Origin: Candidatus Iainarchaeum sp.
Lineage (GTDB): Archaea; Iainarchaeota; Iainarchaeia; Iainarchaeales; Iainarchaeaceae
Assembly (NCBI GenBank): GCA_043812975.1
Contig: JBDRLP010000041.1
Coordinates: 1-48,161, forward strand
Direction of reading: 5' to 3'
Length of the DNA: 48,161 nucleotides
In this document: piece after piece, positions 27,774-38,003 of the stretch
Position numbering within the stretch: the stretch's first letter is position 1
Layout of the letters: each line of letters starts with the position of its first letter
The notes under the pieces: generated by a model
Databases searched by the model: none
Seen by the model: only the letters and a program-made list of their open reading frames with translations
Told to the model about the DNA's origin: nothing
Made by a program: the position numbers and the translations under genes

Positions 27774-28781
27774 TCACATATTCTTTGTATCAACACAAGT
27801 AAGAGAATTTTTCTTTTTTAGGGTTTTTGATTCTTTTTGAATTATTTTACTAACCTTAGTAATTCTTTCTAATTGTGAACATGCATTGCAGATTTTTCCA
27901 TTGGATAAGTTTCCGCATTTTACACATTCTTTAATATTTTCATTTTTTTCTTTTTCCATTTCAACAAGTTTTGGTTTTAGTTCCCTGAAAGAAGCTAACA
28001 GTGAATATTTAGTTCCTGGAACAGATTCTTCTAATTCATTAAGCATTTTCCTGTAATGGTTTCTTTTAGCCATCCATGAATATGGGCAGCATTCTTCAGA
28101 ATAATGTTCAATTTTATTTAATGCACAGTAAGCAATAATTTCTTTTTCAGGGGTTTCGTAAAGCGGTTTTATTCGCGGAACCATTTTTGGTTTCTTTGGG
28201 CCTGTGATTGGGCCTGATCTTGCAACAGTCCCCAAATCATTGTTGAAAAAACTCATTGCAATACTTTGAACTTCATCATCAAGATTATGCCCTGTTGCGA
28301 TTTTATCTGCTTTAATTTCCAGTGCTTTTGAATTCAAAAACTGTCGCCTGAAAACCCCGCAAAAACTACAAGTACTTCCTAATTTAGAGTCTTCGTGAAT
28401 TTTTTTCATTATGTCTTCCATGTTCAAACCAAATTCCGATTCGAAAGAAACAGTGTGATAAGGAATTCCATTTTTTTCACAATAATCAATTCCGACCTGC
28501 ATGCTCTTATCCCTGTAACCTTTGATTCCCTCATCAATCAGAATCGCTTCTAATTGAATCTGGTTCTCGTAAATCTTGTTCAGCAAATGCAAAGTAACCA
28601 TTGAGTCTTTTCCCCCGGAAACACCAACAGCTATTTTCTCACCATATTTCACAAGCTGGTTCATTCTAATGGTTTTCCGAATCCGTTTTTCAAAAAAATG
28701 ATTAAAATGTTCCTTGCAGAACCTGTGCGGTCCGTAGCCTATGAAGATTTTGGCTTCTTCTGAGCACTTGTCGCAGTTCAT
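27774..28781 (-). CDS. TtuA/NcsA (Ctu1-like) tRNA 2-thiolation PP-loop protein
   Basis: N-terminal CxxC..CxxH, SGGKDS, CSFCGVFRR, ATGHNLDDE, CCPY, C-terminal Zn finger. Confidence 0.9.
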   Translation of the reverse strand: MNCDKCSEEAKIFIGYGPHRFCKEHFNHFFEKRIRKTIRMNQLVKYGEKIAVGVSGGKDSMVTLHLLNKIYENQIQLEAILIDEGIKGYRDKSMQVGIDYCEKNGIPYHTVSFESEFGLNMEDIMKKIHEDSKLGSTCSFCGVFRRQFLNSKALEIKADKIATGHNLDDEVQSIAMSFFNNDLGTVARSGPITGPKKPKMVPRIKPLYETPEKEIIAYCALNKIEHYSEECCPYSWMAKRNHYRKMLNELEESVPGTKYSLLASFRELKPKLVEMEKEKNENIKECVKCGNLSNGKICNACSQLERITKVSKIIQKESKTLKKKNSLTCVDTKNM

Positions 28782-28808
28782 AATAATTGCTTTTATTGAA
28801 AAACCTTT

Positions 28809-29426
28809 TTAACGGCGGCGCCTCGGCATTGGCCTTGGTTTTTCTCGTTCAATTCTTACTTTCCCTTGCCTGATTTTGTCAACCAGAACTCTAATATGTT
28901 CTCTGGATTTAAGAGCCATTGCAGACACCATTCCATCTAATCTGGATTTGAGTCTTGGAACTTTTTCACCTTTTTGCTCTGCGGCTTTTATTTTGGCCAA
29001 TACTTTCACGGCGTTGTCAACTTCTTTATCTGATACTCCGAAAAGTTTTACCCGTTCATGCTTTGGCGTGTTTACAAATAAGTTGTTTATTTGACGTGTA
29101 GCCTGTTGGTTTGATTGATGAGGTATCTGCAAATTATGGTTATTCATTAAATGAAAAAGCTCAATTTTGAGCAATATTTCTTCATGTTTTGGGTTTTTTA
29201 CAAGTCCTTTTTTATATGCGTGTTCCAACATTATCGGTGGCGATATTACTCGCTTATAATTACCTAAGGTAAAATAAGGTGACAATTCTCCTATGTGTAT
29301 TTTTCTTCCCGTAGCTTCCATTATCGGAGGCCATAGAGTAGCCCATTCTTTTCCTGAAGGCTCTCGGTTATGGACAATGAATTCAGCAAGTCGTTCAATC
29401 GCACTTTCAACTGTGTGTTTTACCAT
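28809..29426 (-). CDS. Hypothetical basic protein
   Basis: 205-aa ORF ending KPRPMPRRRR. Confidence 0.65.
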   Translation of the reverse strand: MVKHTVESAIERLAEFIVHNREPSGKEWATLWPPIMEATGRKIHIGELSPYFTLGNYKRVISPPIMLEHAYKKGLVKNPKHEEILLKIELFHLMNNHNLQIPHQSNQQATRQINNLFVNTPKHERVKLFGVSDKEVDNAVKVLAKIKAAEQKGEKVPRLKSRLDGMVSAMALKSREHIRVLVDKIRQGKVRIEREKPRPMPRRRR

Positions 29427-29538
29427 GAATAAATATTGATTTCAGTATTCTTATTGTTTTCTCGTGTTTGAAGTAACCTTTATATTCCTTCTCTAATAGT
29501 TATAATTGAGTAAATAGCCTACTTTTAGGTGTTTTTTT

Positions 29539-30141
29539 ATGAGTTTAACTAAGCAGATAAAGGCAACCATTCAAAAAGAAGTCCAGAAGTCCAAGGAAAA
29601 GGATTATCCATATGCAGAGCTTTTCAGGAAAAAGGTTCTTGCTCAGAGACAAAAAAAGGCTTCTGTGGTCAGAATTGATAAACCTTCAAACATTCCAAGA
29701 GCAAGAGCTTTGGGATATAAGGCTAAGGAAGGCTTTGTTATTGCTTTAACAAGAATCAGAAAAGGTTCAGGAATGCATAAAAGGCCAGCAAGAGGAAGAA
29801 GGCCTAAAAGAATGGGAGTAAAGAAACTCACCAGAAGGATTTCAAGACAGGTTATGGCTGAACAGAGAGCAGGAAGAAAATACCCTAATTGTGAAGTAAT
29901 GAACTCTTACTGGGTTGGGGTAGATGGAAAGCATACTTATTATGAAGTTATTTTGGTTGATGTTGCATCACCAAGCATAAGATCTGATAAAGAAAGAAAC
30001 CAGATTGTTTTCAACAAGCACACTAAGAGGGCTGAAAGAGGCTTGACAAGTGCTGGAAAGAAATCAAGAGGGCTAGTAAAAGGAAAAGGCCACGAAAAGA
30101 ACTTCCCAAGCATAAGAGCAAAAGGAAGAAAGGCGAAGTGA
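29539..30141 (+). CDS. rpl15e: 50S ribosomal protein L15e
   Basis: RARALGYKAKEG, MNSYWVG.DG...YYEVILVD, RGLTSAGKKSRGL. Confidence 0.95.
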   Translation: MSLTKQIKATIQKEVQKSKEKDYPYAELFRKKVLAQRQKKASVVRIDKPSNIPRARALGYKAKEGFVIALTRIRKGSGMHKRPARGRRPKRMGVKKLTRRISRQVMAEQRAGRKYPNCEVMNSYWVGVDGKHTYYEVILVDVASPSIRSDKERNQIVFNKHTKRAERGLTSAGKKSRGLVKGKGHEKNFPSIRAKGRKAK

Positions 30142-30181
30142 AGAAACCATTTAACTACTTTTTTCTCACTAAGTTCTCACT

Positions 30182-30802
30182 ATGAACCTGAATTTAATCC
30201 AGTTTTCGGAACTACAAGATATTGAAGAGCTATCCGAAAAGTTCAAAGATGAAGCGGTTATTGTTGCAAAGGATTTTTCCGAAACTGAATTGAAGGAATT
30301 CAATTCCAAAAAAAGAAAATCAAAAGTAAAATTATTCTCTTGTAAAGTTCTTGAAAAAAAGGATAATGCTGAATTGCAGAAGTTCAGAAAGTTAGCTGAT
30401 TTTATTGCGGTTAAAGGTGGAACCATTGAAATGAATTTCTGGGCTGCAAACCAGAAAGTTGATTTGCTTTTACAGCCATTCAGCCAGAATAAAAACGTGT
30501 TTGATTTGGCAACAGCAAATGTTCTCAGAGATAATAAGGTTTTCTCTTGTTTTTTGTTTAATGAATTTTTAGAAGCAAAAGGTTTTGGTCAGACTCAATT
30601 AATGAAGAACGCAATGTTCTGTTTAAAACTAATTGAAAAATCAAAAGCTCCGTTGTTGTTTGTTTCAGGAGCAAAAGAAAAGCAGGAAATGAGGGCTGCA
30701 AAAGATCTTAGTTCATTTGGAGTTTTTTTGGGGATGAAAAAGGAAAATGCTTTGAAAGCAGTTAGAAATAATTCTGAAACTTTTTTGGAGAGAGTAAAAT
30801 GA
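30182..30802 (+). CDS. rnp3: RNase P protein Rpp30 (divergent)
   Basis: DFIAVKGG...NFWAA...VDLL, FVSGA....MRAAKDL; conserved position after L15e. Confidence 0.75.
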   Translation: MNLNLIQFSELQDIEELSEKFKDEAVIVAKDFSETELKEFNSKKRKSKVKLFSCKVLEKKDNAELQKFRKLADFIAVKGGTIEMNFWAANQKVDLLLQPFSQNKNVFDLATANVLRDNKVFSCFLFNEFLEAKGFGQTQLMKNAMFCLKLIEKSKAPLLFVSGAKEKQEMRAAKDLSSFGVFLGMKKENALKAVRNNSETFLERVK

Positions 30803-31362
30803 GTGAAATGAAACTCCCAAGTATGGAAGAATGCGAATCTTTAATACAGGAATATAAAGTTCCTGATCACATTAAAGCTCACACTGTTGTTGTGCGAAAG
30901 ATTGCAAACTTTTTAGCAAAAAAAATTTTCGAAAACGGAAAAGAAATTAATCTTGATTTGGTTGATAAAGGAGCTTTGCTTCACGATGTAATGAAAATGT
31001 ATTGCATTGAAAATAATTGCAGACATACTGAAAAAGTAGCGGAAGTTTTAATACAAAAAGGTTATCCTGAATTTGGAAAAGTTTTAGAACGCCATGGTTT
31101 GGATGAAGTGAACAAGTTTGATGAAAATACTTTAATTGAAACAAAAATTATTTGGTATTCTGATAAGCGTGTTAATCATGACAAGTTAGTTTCATTAATT
31201 GCAAGATATATTTATCTGAAAAATAAGTACGGTTCATTAAATGATGGAAAAATGAAACAAATACTTTCAACAGAAGAAAATGCTAAAAAAACTGAAAAGG
31301 AAATATTTGAATTAGCTGGCTTGAAAAGAGATATCTTGGAAGATGATTTAGATGGCGGATAA
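30799..31362 (+). CDS. HD-domain metal-dependent phosphohydrolase
   Basis: AHT..., GALLHDVMK, RHG, YSDKRV. Confidence 0.88.
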   Translation: MSEMKLPSMEECESLIQEYKVPDHIKAHTVVVRKIANFLAKKIFENGKEINLDLVDKGALLHDVMKMYCIENNCRHTEKVAEVLIQKGYPEFGKVLERHGLDEVNKFDENTLIETKIIWYSDKRVNHDKLVSLIARYIYLKNKYGSLNDGKMKQILSTEENAKKTEKEIFELAGLKRDILEDDLDGG

Positions 31363-31696
31363 AAAAAAATCATTGAAACCGATTCCTCCGACATTGAGGG
31401 GAAAGAAGCGTTACGTGAAATTTGAATTAATCAGTGATCAGACTTTGAAAGAGGAAAATGTCAAAAAAGCTATTTGGAGCATTTTTAGGGGTGTTTTTGG
31501 GGAAAAAGGAATAGCTGAGCAAAAATTATGGGTTGTTAAGTGGAATTCTGTTAAAAATCAGGGAATTCTCAGATGTTCGCATACAGAGGAAGAAAATGTG
31601 AAAACAGGGTTGTTATTTTTGAAAAACGTGGATAAACAGGAAACAATTCCCTTAATTCTCAAGGTTTCGGGGTCTTTGACCAAGTTAACAGATTGA
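31352..31696 (+). CDS. rnp2: RNase P protein Pop5
   Basis: LKPIPPTLRGKKRYVKF, FGEKG, GILRC, VSGSL. Confidence 0.9.
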   Translation: MADKKKSLKPIPPTLRGKKRYVKFELISDQTLKEENVKKAIWSIFRGVFGEKGIAEQKLWVVKWNSVKNQGILRCSHTEEENVKTGLLFLKNVDKQETIPLILKVSGSLTKLTD

Positions 31697-31762
31697 AAGT
31701 TCGCTTTATATATATTACTGAGGAGAAATAGATAATTAATAGAAAGGAAAAAGTGATCTTTT

Positions 31763-32488
31763 TTGTATCCAGTTTCTCAACCGGCAAACTATGATAGGGC
31801 AGCGACAATGTTCAGTCCTGACGGCAGACTCTACCAAGTAGAATATGCGTCAAAAATCGTTTCACAGGGAACAATGGGGGTTGCATGCAAGTATAATGAC
31901 GGGGTCATTTTTGGAGCTTTTAAAAAAATAAACAGCAAATTGCTTTTACCGGATTCAGTTGAAAAGATATTTCCAATTGATCATCATATTGTTGCGGTAT
32001 CAGCAGGTCTTGTGGGAGACGCAAGAAGATTAATTGGTAATGCAAGACAGAAAGCTCAGGAAAACAGGATGTATTATGAAGAAGCAATTCAGATTGAAAC
32101 TCTTGTAAAAGAAGTTTCAAACGTAAAACAGGTTTTTACACAATACGGTGGAATGAGACCGTTCGGAGTCTCTCTGATAATCGGAGGAGTTGACAACACA
32201 GGAAAAAGGCTTTTTGAAACAGAGCCTTCAGGTGCACTTGCAGAATACCAAGCAATTGCAATAGGAAAAAACAGGAACAAGGCAATGGAATTGTTCGAAA
32301 AAGATTGGAAAGAAAATATTTCAAAAGAAGCAGCAATGAAATTGCTTTTGAAAGCTCTTGAACATGGTCTTGATGAAAAGGAAAAGTTTGATGTTAATAA
32401 ACTGCAGTTCACAATGGTGAACGAATCCCGTGAATTCAAACATATTACTCAGGAAGAATTGAAGGGTTATATGAATCATAAGCAGTAA
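31763..32488 (+). CDS. psmA: Proteasome alpha subunit
   Basis: YDRAATMFSPDGRLYQVEYA, RPFGVSL, ETEPSG; TTG start. Confidence 0.97.
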   Translation: MYPVSQPANYDRAATMFSPDGRLYQVEYASKIVSQGTMGVACKYNDGVIFGAFKKINSKLLLPDSVEKIFPIDHHIVAVSAGLVGDARRLIGNARQKAQENRMYYEEAIQIETLVKEVSNVKQVFTQYGGMRPFGVSLIIGGVDNTGKRLFETEPSGALAEYQAIAIGKNRNKAMELFEKDWKENISKEAAMKLLLKALEHGLDEKEKFDVNKLQFTMVNESREFKHITQEELKGYMNHKQ

Positions 32489-32508
32489 AAAAGAAGGTGT
32501 TATTTCAA

Positions 32509-33210
32509 ATGGTTAGAACGGAAGATGCTGTGATTGCTCGGTATGAGCGCTCAGGCGAAAAATTCGAGATACTCGTGGATCCTGATTTAGCAATGGATTT
32601 GAAGCACGGAAAAGAAGTCAACTTTGATGACTTGTTGGCAATAGACACTGTGTTTAAGGATGCTAAAAAAGGCGAGGATAAGTCAGAGGAAAAACTACAG
32701 GAAGTTTTTAATACAACTGATGTAAAAGAAATTGCAAAAAAAATTATTTTAGAAGGGGAAGTACAGTTAACAACTGACCAGAGAAGAGCAATAACAGAAA
32801 AAAAGAGGAAGGAAATTATTACATTTATTTCAGCAAACGCTATTAATCCGCAGACAAGTGCGCCTCATCCTGTGCAAAGGATTGAGAATGCATTGGAAGA
32901 GGTTAAGTTTAATGTTGACCTTAACAAAACAGTAAAGGAACAGGTCACGGAGATTGTAAAAGAAATTAAAAAAATACTGCCAATATCAATGGAAAAAATG
33001 AAAATAGCTGTAAAGGTTCCTGCACAATTTTCAGGAGCAGCTTCAGTTATTTTACACAAGTATGGTCTTGAAAAAGAAGAATGGCAGAATGATGGTTCTT
33101 TAGTCGCAATATTAGAAATTCCTGCAGGAGTAAAGCAGGATCTCTTTAATGAGTTGAATCATTTGACTCATGGCGATGTTGAAACAAAGATTATTGATGA
33201 TAAGAGGTGA
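32509..33210 (+). CDS. Ribosome maturation factor SBDS/Sdo1
   Basis: GEKFEILVDP, VFKDAKKG, GEVQLT..QRR, PHP..RIENAL. Confidence 0.95.
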   Translation: MVRTEDAVIARYERSGEKFEILVDPDLAMDLKHGKEVNFDDLLAIDTVFKDAKKGEDKSEEKLQEVFNTTDVKEIAKKIILEGEVQLTTDQRRAITEKKRKEIITFISANAINPQTSAPHPVQRIENALEEVKFNVDLNKTVKEQVTEIVKEIKKILPISMEKMKIAVKVPAQFSGAASVILHKYGLEKEEWQNDGSLVAILEIPAGVKQDLFNELNHLTHGDVETKIIDDKR

Positions 33211-33216
33211 AATCTA

Positions 33217-33858
33217 TTGGCTAAAAGAATAGTAATACCAGGAGAACTGGTTACCGAGGAAAGAAAAAAACTGGGAAGCCATGTTTTTGTAAGAGAAGGA
33301 AAAATATATTCAGACGCGATTGGATTGGTTAATGATGAATCTGATTTTGCATCTGTAGTACCATTAGAAGGAAAATACCTGCCGCAAGTAGGAGATGTGG
33401 TTATTGGGGTTATTTCCGCAGAGAAATTTTCAGTTTACATGGTTGACATAAACAGCTTCTACCCTAGTGTAATTTCAAAAAGAGATTTGAGAGAAATTTT
33501 AAAACCGGGTTCAGTTGTTTCAGCAAAAATAATGAAAGTAAATGAATTAAACGAAGTTGATCTTGCAAATCCAAGGATTTTCTTTGGAGGAGAAATAATC
33601 CAGATAAGTCCTGTAAAAGTTCCAAGAATAATAGGGAGAGAAGGATCAATGTTGAACATTCTGAAAGATGGAACAAAAACCAGTATTATTGTAGGGCGTA
33701 ATGGAAGAATCTGGGCAAAAGGCGGAGACATTGAATTGTTAAAAAAAGCAGTCAAAAAAATCGAAGATGAGGCCCACCTGAGTAATCTTACAAACAAAAT
33801 GCAGGATTTTTTGAAAGTAAAACCTGCTAAAAAAAATGAACAAGAAGGTGAAAATTGA
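33217..33858 (+). CDS. rrp4: Exosome RNA-binding subunit Rrp4
   Basis: IVIPGE, GKYLPQVGDVVIG, KVPRIIGREGSM, GRNGRIW. Confidence 0.93.
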   Translation: MAKRIVIPGELVTEERKKLGSHVFVREGKIYSDAIGLVNDESDFASVVPLEGKYLPQVGDVVIGVISAEKFSVYMVDINSFYPSVISKRDLREILKPGSVVSAKIMKVNELNEVDLANPRIFFGGEIIQISPVKVPRIIGREGSMLNILKDGTKTSIIVGRNGRIWAKGGDIELLKKAVKKIEDEAHLSNLTNKMQDFLKVKPAKKNEQEGEN

Positions 33859-34634
33859 TGGCAAAGAAAAAAGAAGAAAAAATTGTTTACGTTGACTCAA
33901 AAGGAAAAAGACTTGACGGAAGAAAACAAAATGAATTAAGACCAATAAAAATTACTGCCGGAGTAATCCCAAGAGCTGATGGATCGGCTTATTTAGAATG
34001 GGGACAGAACAAGGTTTATGCAGGGGTTTATGGTCCAAGAGAATGTTTACCAAAACATTCTGCATCTCCATACAAGGCAATAATAAAACTCAATTATAGA
34101 ATGGCATCATTCAGTGTTCCTGACAGGAAAAATCCTAGACCGGGAAGAAGGGAAATAGAAATTTCAAAAGTATGCGGAGAAGCACTAGCAAGAGCTGTTT
34201 TTGTGGAAAGATTCCCTAACACACAGATAGATATTACTGTTGAAATAATTGACTCAGATGCAGGAAGCAGAATTGCTGCACTTACAGCAGCTTCAGTAGC
34301 ATTAGCAGATGCAGGAATTCCAATGAGGGATATGGTTTGCGGAACAGGAGTCGGAAGAGCAGGCGGAAAAATCATTGTTGACTTAAACAAGGATGAAGAA
34401 GACGCTCCAGATGCTGTTGATATTCCATTGGCAATTTTGCCAAACTCAGAGGAAATAGTATTGCTTCAATTAGACGGAGTTATAAGCAAGAAAGAATGGC
34501 AGGAAGCCTACAAAGCCGGGGTAAAAGCTTCAAAAGAAGTTTATGAAATCCAAAAGCAGGCACTAAAAGAAAAATATGCCGATACGAAAAATGAAACTAA
34601 AAAAGCAAAGAAAGGAGTTGAGGCCAATGAATAG
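33858..34634 (+). CDS. rrp41: Exosome subunit Rrp41
   Basis: RLDGR...ELRP, ADGSAYLEWG, RREIEISKV, DAGSR. Confidence 0.95.
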   Translation: MAKKKEEKIVYVDSKGKRLDGRKQNELRPIKITAGVIPRADGSAYLEWGQNKVYAGVYGPRECLPKHSASPYKAIIKLNYRMASFSVPDRKNPRPGRREIEISKVCGEALARAVFVERFPNTQIDITVEIIDSDAGSRIAALTAASVALADAGIPMRDMVCGTGVGRAGGKIIVDLNKDEEDAPDAVDIPLAILPNSEEIVLLQLDGVISKKEWQEAYKAGVKASKEVYEIQKQALKEKYADTKNETKKAKKGVEANE

Positions 34635-35412
34635 TTCTTCAGAATTATGGGATTTAAGAGTAGACAAAGTAATAGCTGACCTTAAAAAAAACATAAGGGC
34701 TGACGGAAGAAAAGTTGATGACATGAGACAAGTTGTTATCACTGAAGACGTTAGTCACAATGCTAATGGAGAAGCAAGAGTAAAACTTGGAGAAACAGAA
34801 GTATTAGCAGGAGTCAAAATGATTCTTGGTGAACCATATCCTGATTCACCAGATCAAGGATCAATCAGCGTTGGAGCAGAATTACTTCCGTTTGCTGACC
34901 CTGAATTTGAAACAGGACCTCCAAGAGAAGCTGCAATAGAACTCTCCAGAGTTGTTGACAGAGGAATCAGAGAATCAGGGGCTGTTGATTTCAAAAGCCT
35001 GAGTATTGTAGAAGGGGAAAAATGCTGGATTGGGTTTGTGGATATTTATCCATTAAACAATGATGGTAATCTTTTTGATGCGTTTGGAATAGCCTCATTG
35101 AAAGCACTTCAAGGCACTCAGTTACCAAAAATCGAGGATGGAGAAGTAGTTAAAGGAGAATATGCGGGAAAAATAAAGCTTAATGCACAGCCTATCCTTA
35201 ATACATTTGCAAAAATAGGTAATGTTGTTGTGGCTGATCCTACTATTTCAGAAGAAAAAGCAATGAATGCAAGATTTTCTGTTGCTGTGACCGAAGCAGA
35301 CAATATAACTGCTTTCCAGAAAGGTCTATCAGGCTCTTTCAGTGTTTCTGAGATAGATACTGCAATAGATGTTGCTTTGAAGAACAGCAAACAAATAAGA
35401 AAGTTACTATAG
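34627..35412 (+). CDS. rrp42: Exosome subunit Rrp42
   Basis: RADGR, GEPYPDSPDQG, ELSRVVDRGIRES, DGNLFDA. Confidence 0.95.
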   Translation: MNSSSELWDLRVDKVIADLKKNIRADGRKVDDMRQVVITEDVSHNANGEARVKLGETEVLAGVKMILGEPYPDSPDQGSISVGAELLPFADPEFETGPPREAAIELSRVVDRGIRESGAVDFKSLSIVEGEKCWIGFVDIYPLNNDGNLFDAFGIASLKALQGTQLPKIEDGEVVKGEYAGKIKLNAQPILNTFAKIGNVVVADPTISEEKAMNARFSVAVTEADNITAFQKGLSGSFSVSEIDTAIDVALKNSKQIRKLL

Positions 35413-35423
35413 GGGAATTAATC

Positions 35424-35906
35424 ATGGGAGTAACAAAAAAAGTAGGAAGCACAGGCCGTTTCGGCTCAAGATATGGAGTAGGCATAAGAAAAAAACTACT
35501 CAAAGTAGAAACATTGCAAATCCAAAAGCAGAAATGTCCTAATTGTGGTGCTCCTGCAGTCAAAAGAAAAAGCAGGGGGATTTTTGCGTGTAAAAAATGT
35601 GCACATGAGTTTGTTGGCGGTGCATATTTACCAAAAACACTTACCGGAGGGCTTATCAGCCAAATGGTTTCTCAGAAAAGATTTGTCCCTGAATCAATAG
35701 AAAAACTTTCTGAAATAAAAGAAGAAATAAAAGACGAAATAAAGGAAGAGAAAAAGAAAGTAAAAAAAACAAAAAAGAAAGAGTCTAAAAAACAAAAAAC
35801 TGATGCTAAAAAGGAAGTAAAAGAAGAGAAAGCAAAAAAGAAAGAAGCTAAGGAAGAAGTAAAAGAAAAAACTGAGAAAGAAACTGATGTTGAAGGTGAA
35901 AATTAA
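35424..35906 (+). CDS. rpl37ae: 50S ribosomal protein L37Ae with K/E-rich C-terminal extension
   Basis: KKVGSTGRFGSRYG, CPNC..CKKC, GGAYLP. Confidence 0.93.
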   Translation: MGVTKKVGSTGRFGSRYGVGIRKKLLKVETLQIQKQKCPNCGAPAVKRKSRGIFACKKCAHEFVGGAYLPKTLTGGLISQMVSQKRFVPESIEKLSEIKEEIKDEIKEEKKKVKKTKKKESKKQKTDAKKEVKEEKAKKKEAKEEVKEKTEKETDVEGEN

Positions 35907-36037
35907 TGTACCTATGTTTAAACTGCGGAAAAGAAGTTGCAACTCTCCCTAATGGAGCTATAAGATGCCCTGGTTGTGGTTACAAGGTTTTCTCAAAAAT
36001 AAGAGAACCAATCACAAAAACAGTTAATGCTCGATGA
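35906..36037 (+). CDS. rpoP: RNA polymerase subunit Rpo12 (RpoP); not in the ORF track
   Basis: MYLCLNCGKEV...IRCPGCGYKVFSKIREP, 43 aa; start overlaps the rpl37ae stop. Confidence 0.93.
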   Translation: MYLCLNCGKEVATLPNGAIRCPGCGYKVFSKIREPITKTVNAR

Positions 36038-36285
36038 TTTTCATGGAAGTTGAAAAGCAATTTGAATTTCCTGATGATAAAACAGCAGATGCTGCTTGCA
36101 GAGCAGTTTCTGTAGAACTTGATAATAAGTTCCAAAAACGCTCAAAAACCACTATAAATACCAATAAAAATGTTGTTTTGCTCAAAATAAGTGCTGAAGA
36201 TGAATCAGCAATGAAAGCCTCAGAATTTACTTTCACGAGGCTGTTAGAATTATGTAAGGAAATTTCAGAGGTGAAAAACAAATGA
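36034..36285 (+). CDS. pcc1: KEOPS subunit Pcc1
   Basis: Size, sequence pattern (AVSVE..RSKT..LKISAED..AMKAS) and position between rpoP and prefoldin. Confidence 0.75.
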   Translation: MIFMEVEKQFEFPDDKTADAACRAVSVELDNKFQKRSKTTINTNKNVVLLKISAEDESAMKASEFTFTRLLELCKEISEVKNK

Positions 36286-36635
36286 CCGAAGATATAAACA
36301 CAAGCATTCAGGAATTTGAAAAAAGCAGAATTCAGTTATCTGTTATTGAAAACCAAACTCAGAGTATGAAAATCCAGAGTCAGGTAATGACAGAGGCATT
36401 GGAAGAACTAAAGAACAATAAAGAAGAGAAAGTATACAAGGCAGTTGGAAACATTTTGATTTTAACTGATGCAAAAAAAGTCGGAAAGGAACTTGCAGAA
36501 CAAAAAGAAACAATCGACTTAAGGGCAAAGACACTGAAAAAACAAGAAGAAAATTTAATGGACAAATTAAATAAACTAAAAACAGAGATTGAGAAAGCCC
36601 AAGCAGGAAATGAGGAAAAAAAAGAGGAAAAATAA
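36282..36635 (+). CDS. pfdB: Prefoldin beta subunit
   Basis: Coiled coil flanking ALEEL...VYKAVGNILI. Confidence 0.92.
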   Translation: MTEDINTSIQEFEKSRIQLSVIENQTQSMKIQSQVMTEALEELKNNKEEKVYKAVGNILILTDAKKVGKELAEQKETIDLRAKTLKKQEENLMDKLNKLKTEIEKAQAGNEEKKEEK

Positions 36636-37640
36636 ATGCCTCTTAACAACCTCTCTCCTTTATTCGGGAGAAGAGTATTAATCCTAACTCATGCAGGGGC
36701 TGATGTTGATTCGCTGGCAAGTGCTGCAGCAATCTATTTTTCATTAAAAGGAAAATCCAAAATAACAATAGGCATTCCTGATCACTTAAATTTAAACGCA
36801 AAAGCTCTTGCTAAAAAACTCAAAATACCTTACAAAATAAATCCATCATTCACAGGCTTTGATGTTTTATTATGTGTTGATTTTAATAAAAGTAAAATGC
36901 TTGGATCTTTACAAAAAAACTTTTTATTTTACGATGGGGGGAAATTCCTTATAGATCATCATTCTGAAGAAAAGGAAGTAATGGCTCCTAAGAAAAATGT
37001 TTTTGCTTCAAAAAAAGCAATTTCCACAACAGAACTTGTTTACCAATTGTTGAAAAAAACAAGGGTAAAAATCCCGAAAAATGCCTATGCGTGTATTGCT
37101 TCAGGCATAATTACGGATTCTGTAAGTTTCCACATTGCTGATTACAGCACTTTTAAGATAATGGCTGAGGTAATGGAAAAGGCAAATTTGCCTTACAGAG
37201 GCATTGTGGATCTTTTCTCAACCGAAATCGATTTTTCCCAGAAGATTGCTTCATTAAAAGCAGCGAAAAGAGCTAGGATTTTCAAGTCAGGAAAAGCAAT
37301 AATAGCAATCTCTGAGGTTGGTGCTTTTGAAGCTGATGCAGCTAACGCTTTGATAAGAATTGGGGCTAATGTTGCTTTTTGTGGTTTTGCAGAGAAAGGA
37401 ACAATAAGAATAAGCGGTCGTGTGAATAATTCCTGGATGAACAAAAATAAATTTGATTTAGCAAGAGATGTTTTTAATAAATTAGAAAATTACTTTCCCG
37501 GAGAAGGCGGAGGTCATCAAGGGGCTGCTGGGTTTAATGGCAAAGGAAACAAAATCGAACCCATTCTCCTAAAGTGCGTTGATTTAACCCATAAGTTTAT
37601 TTCAAAAAAAGAAAAAGCAAATTTAAAGGAATATACTTAA
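36636..37640 (+). CDS. DHH-family phosphoesterase
   Basis: THAGADVDS, IDHH, GIITDS, GGGHQGAAG. Confidence 0.92.
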   Translation: MPLNNLSPLFGRRVLILTHAGADVDSLASAAAIYFSLKGKSKITIGIPDHLNLNAKALAKKLKIPYKINPSFTGFDVLLCVDFNKSKMLGSLQKNFLFYDGGKFLIDHHSEEKEVMAPKKNVFASKKAISTTELVYQLLKKTRVKIPKNAYACIASGIITDSVSFHIADYSTFKIMAEVMEKANLPYRGIVDLFSTEIDFSQKIASLKAAKRARIFKSGKAIIAISEVGAFEADAANALIRIGANVAFCGFAEKGTIRISGRVNNSWMNKNKFDLARDVFNKLENYFPGEGGGHQGAAGFNGKGNKIEPILLKCVDLTHKFISKKEKANLKEYT

Positions 37641-37840
37641 TTTTTCTTTTTTGTTTTGCTTTTTGATGCCTTTCTTTTCTTTTCATTTTCTTTTATTTTT
37701 TCTTTCTCTGCTTCAGTAAAAGGTTTTGCATATTTTCTGTACTTGGTTTTTGCCCAGTGCTCAGGCTGTTTTTGTCTTAGTTTAAGTTCTTCTTCAAGAA
37801 GTTTTTTCCTCATTTCCTCGGAAGCATTTCCCAAAACCAT
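37637..37840 (-). CDS. Small Lys/Glu-rich hypothetical protein
   Basis: 67 aa from ATG 37840 (MVLGNASEEM...); the longer track ORF would overlap the opposite-strand gene. Confidence 0.5.
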   Translation of the reverse strand: MVLGNASEEMRKKLLEEELKLRQKQPEHWAKTKYRKYAKPFTEAEKEKIKENEKKRKASKSKTKKKN

Positions 37841-38003
37841 TGGAATCGAAAAGTATTGTATTTTTCCCGTATTTAAACCAGTTGGTTTGTTCTTCAATTT
37901 TGGTTCATTGTTACGGGTTTTTTGACCCAAAAAGGTGGTTTTTGTTGCAGTGCGTATCCAGAAAAAACATGTTTTTTTAAAGAAAGCCAATGATGTTTTT
38001 CTT

